Assembly: GCF_036626455.1 (NCBI RefSeq)
Contig: NZ_JAZKRK010000006.1
Location: forward strand, 2,380 to 66,379
Length of the DNA: 64,000 bases
Direction: 5' to 3'
Source of the DNA: Halodesulfurarchaeum sp.
GTDB taxonomy: Archaea; Halobacteriota; Halobacteria; Halobacteriales; Halobacteriaceae
A program made the translations under genes and the position numbers. Under the pieces are notes generated by a model. It was not told the origin of the DNA and searched no databases. It saw nothing but the letters and a program-made list of their open reading frames with translations. Position 1 is the first letter of the stretch. Every line of letters begins with the position of its first letter. Shown here one piece after another: positions 62,715 through 64,000 of the stretch.

Positions 62715-62973
62715 GACCAGTTCGAGCAGCGACACACTAATTGAACGTCATCCGGCGCCAATACAACCGGTTTCGGGACAGGTTACGATATCCATCGTCG
62801 ATTTGTACCCAGTTGACAAGGACCAAGACGGTGACATTGCGGTCCGGTTATAACCTGTGGCCCATCCGACACCCCTATTCAATAAACCACAAGACAGCGG
62901 CGGGTCCGTGTCGCGGACCGACGAGCCGCACTAGCAAGGCTTAAAGGGTAAAGAAAGCATACAATCTGCCAAG

Positions 62974-64000
62974 ATGGCTACTGAGAAGATTCTCGGAATC
63001 GATCTCGGGACGACGAACAGCGCATTGGCAATCATGGAGGGCGGCGAACCGGAAATTATCGTCAACGGTGAAGGAGACCGGACCACACCGTCAGTCGTGG
63101 CCTTCGACGACGGCGAGCAGATCGTCGGCAAAGCCGCCAAAAACCAGGCTGTTCAGAATGCGGACGACACGGTCCAGTCCATCAAGCGCCACATGGGCGA
63201 GGACTACTCCGTCGAACTCGAGGACGAGGAATACAGCCCGGAGCAGATCTCCGCGATGGTCCTTCAAAAGATCAAGCGGGACGCCGAGGAGTACCTCGAC
63301 CAGGATGTCGAGAAGGCGGTCATTACGGTTCCAGCCTACTTCAACGACAAACAGCGCCAGGCGACAAAGGACGCCGGTGAGATCGCTGGCCTGACCGTCG
63401 AGCGAATCGTCAACGAGCCGACGGCCGCAAGTATGGCATATGGGCTCGACGACGAATCCGAACAGACGGTACTCGTCTTCGATCTTGGAGGCGGAACCTT
63501 CGACGTCTCGATTCTCGACCTCGGGAGCGGCATCTACGAAGTGGTTGCCACGAACGGTGACAACACGCTCGGCGGTGACGACTGGGACGAGGCGATCATC
63601 GAATGGCTCGCCAAAAACTTCGAAAACGAGTACGGAATCGACCTGCGGGAGGACCGTCAGGCTCTCCAACGGCTGAAAGACGCAGCCGAAGAGGCCAAAA
63701 TCGAGTTGACCTCCCGGAAGGAGACGACCATCAACCTGCCGTTCATTACGGCCACCGAGGATGGCCCAGTCCACCTCGAAGAAGACCTGACCCGGGCGAA
63801 GTTCGAATCGCTCACTCAGGACCTCCTCGAACGAACCGTTAATCCGACCAAGCAGGCTCTCGAAGACGCCGAACTGTCGAAAACTGACATCGACGAGGTC
63901 ATTCTCGTGGGTGGTTCGACCAGAATGCCACAGGTCCAGGAGCAGGTTGAGGAACTCACGGGGAAGGAGCCAAAGAAGAACGTCAACCCGGACGAAGCGG
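62974..64000 (+). CDS. dnaK: Chaperone DnaK (Hsp70). Only the 5' part is present; the gene continues beyond the right window edge
   Basis: Own translation from the ATG at 62974: [44 protein letters not shown]...[20 protein letters not shown]...[12 protein letters not shown].... It is open to the end of the window. Confidence 0.97.
   Translation, partial: MATEKILGIDLGTTNSALAIMEGGEPEIIVNGEGDRTTPSVVAFDDGEQIVGKAAKNQAVQNADDTVQSIKRHMGEDYSVELEDEEYSPEQISAMVLQKIKRDAEEYLDQDVEKAVITVPAYFNDKQRQATKDAGEIAGLTVERIVNEPTAASMAYGLDDESEQTVLVFDLGGGTFDVSILDLGSGIYEVVATNGDNTLGGDDWDEAIIEWLAKNFENEYGIDLREDRQALQRLKDAAEEAKIELTSRKETTINLPFITATEDGPVHLEEDLTRAKFESLTQDLLERTVNPTKQALEDAELSKTDIDEVILVGGSTRMPQVQEQVEELTGKEPKKNVNPDEA

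Noticed and set aside
63091-63774. 227-aa ORF antisense to dnaK
   Set aside because: dnaK identity on the plus strand is unambiguous, and the antisense frame has no recognisable domain.
1-64000. Search for CRISPR arrays, rRNA genes, restriction-modification, toxin-antitoxin or other defence-type systems
   Set aside because: No regularly spaced direct repeats were seen. No cas, methylase/endonuclease, integrase or typical defence domains appear in any translated ORF. The only mobile-element signal is the dead tnpB copy.

Overview
This is a haloarchaeal-type chromosomal segment: acidic proteins, GC-rich coding regions, many ATGA-coupled genes and TATA boxes close to start codons. No database search was possible. 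All calls rest on motifs read from the translations and on family knowledge recalled from memory.

Contents, left to right:
- (1) 1-14.3 kb, respiratory block. It holds a partial heme A synthase, two halocyanin-type blue copper proteins and an ABC-2 transporter pair. It also holds a decayed IS200/IS605 tnpB remnant, a DUF420-like membrane protein, and cytochrome oxidase coxA-coxB-coxC with small membrane-protein genes. A double winged-helix regulator and a Rieske/cytochrome b operon with two small upstream membrane ORFs complete the block.
- (2) ilvD and a MazG-like gene.
- (3) 16.9-25.1 kb, gas vesicle cluster. gvpA-C-N-O lie on the minus strand and gvpD-F-G-H-I-J-K-L-M on the plus strand. 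A PAS/HTH_10 regulator follows 11 nt after gvpM, then a very AT-rich stretch with a PadR-like gene.
- (4) 27.8-37 kb, mostly minus-strand block. It encodes a SAM methyltransferase, a Cys-less PTPS-fold protein, a Zn-ADH-type dehydrogenase, a PAP2 phosphatase, a YdjM-like hydrolase and a CDP-alcohol phosphatidyltransferase. It also encodes a Gfo/Idh/MocA-aldo/keto-reductase fusion, an alkaline-phosphatase-superfamily protein and a GT4 glycosyltransferase.
- (5) Intron-containing tRNA-Gln(UUG), sufC-sufB-sufD, an SDR, a VOC protein, a PAS histidine kinase, polB, rad50-mre11 and pan.
- (6) A metallophosphoesterase interrupted by a membrane domain, a bactofilin-like protein, an Obg-family GTPase, an MFS transporter, an aminotransferase and a PAC2 protein. 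These are followed by a NOP2/Sun methyltransferase, grpE and the 5' part of dnaK.

Most interesting points:
- The gvp cluster keeps the repressor gene gvpD but has no gvpE.
- The gvpA promoter still shows a GvpE-UAS-like element.
- A PAS/HTH_10 regulator appears to be operon-fused to gvpM.

No CRISPR array, rRNA gene or recognisable defence system was seen.
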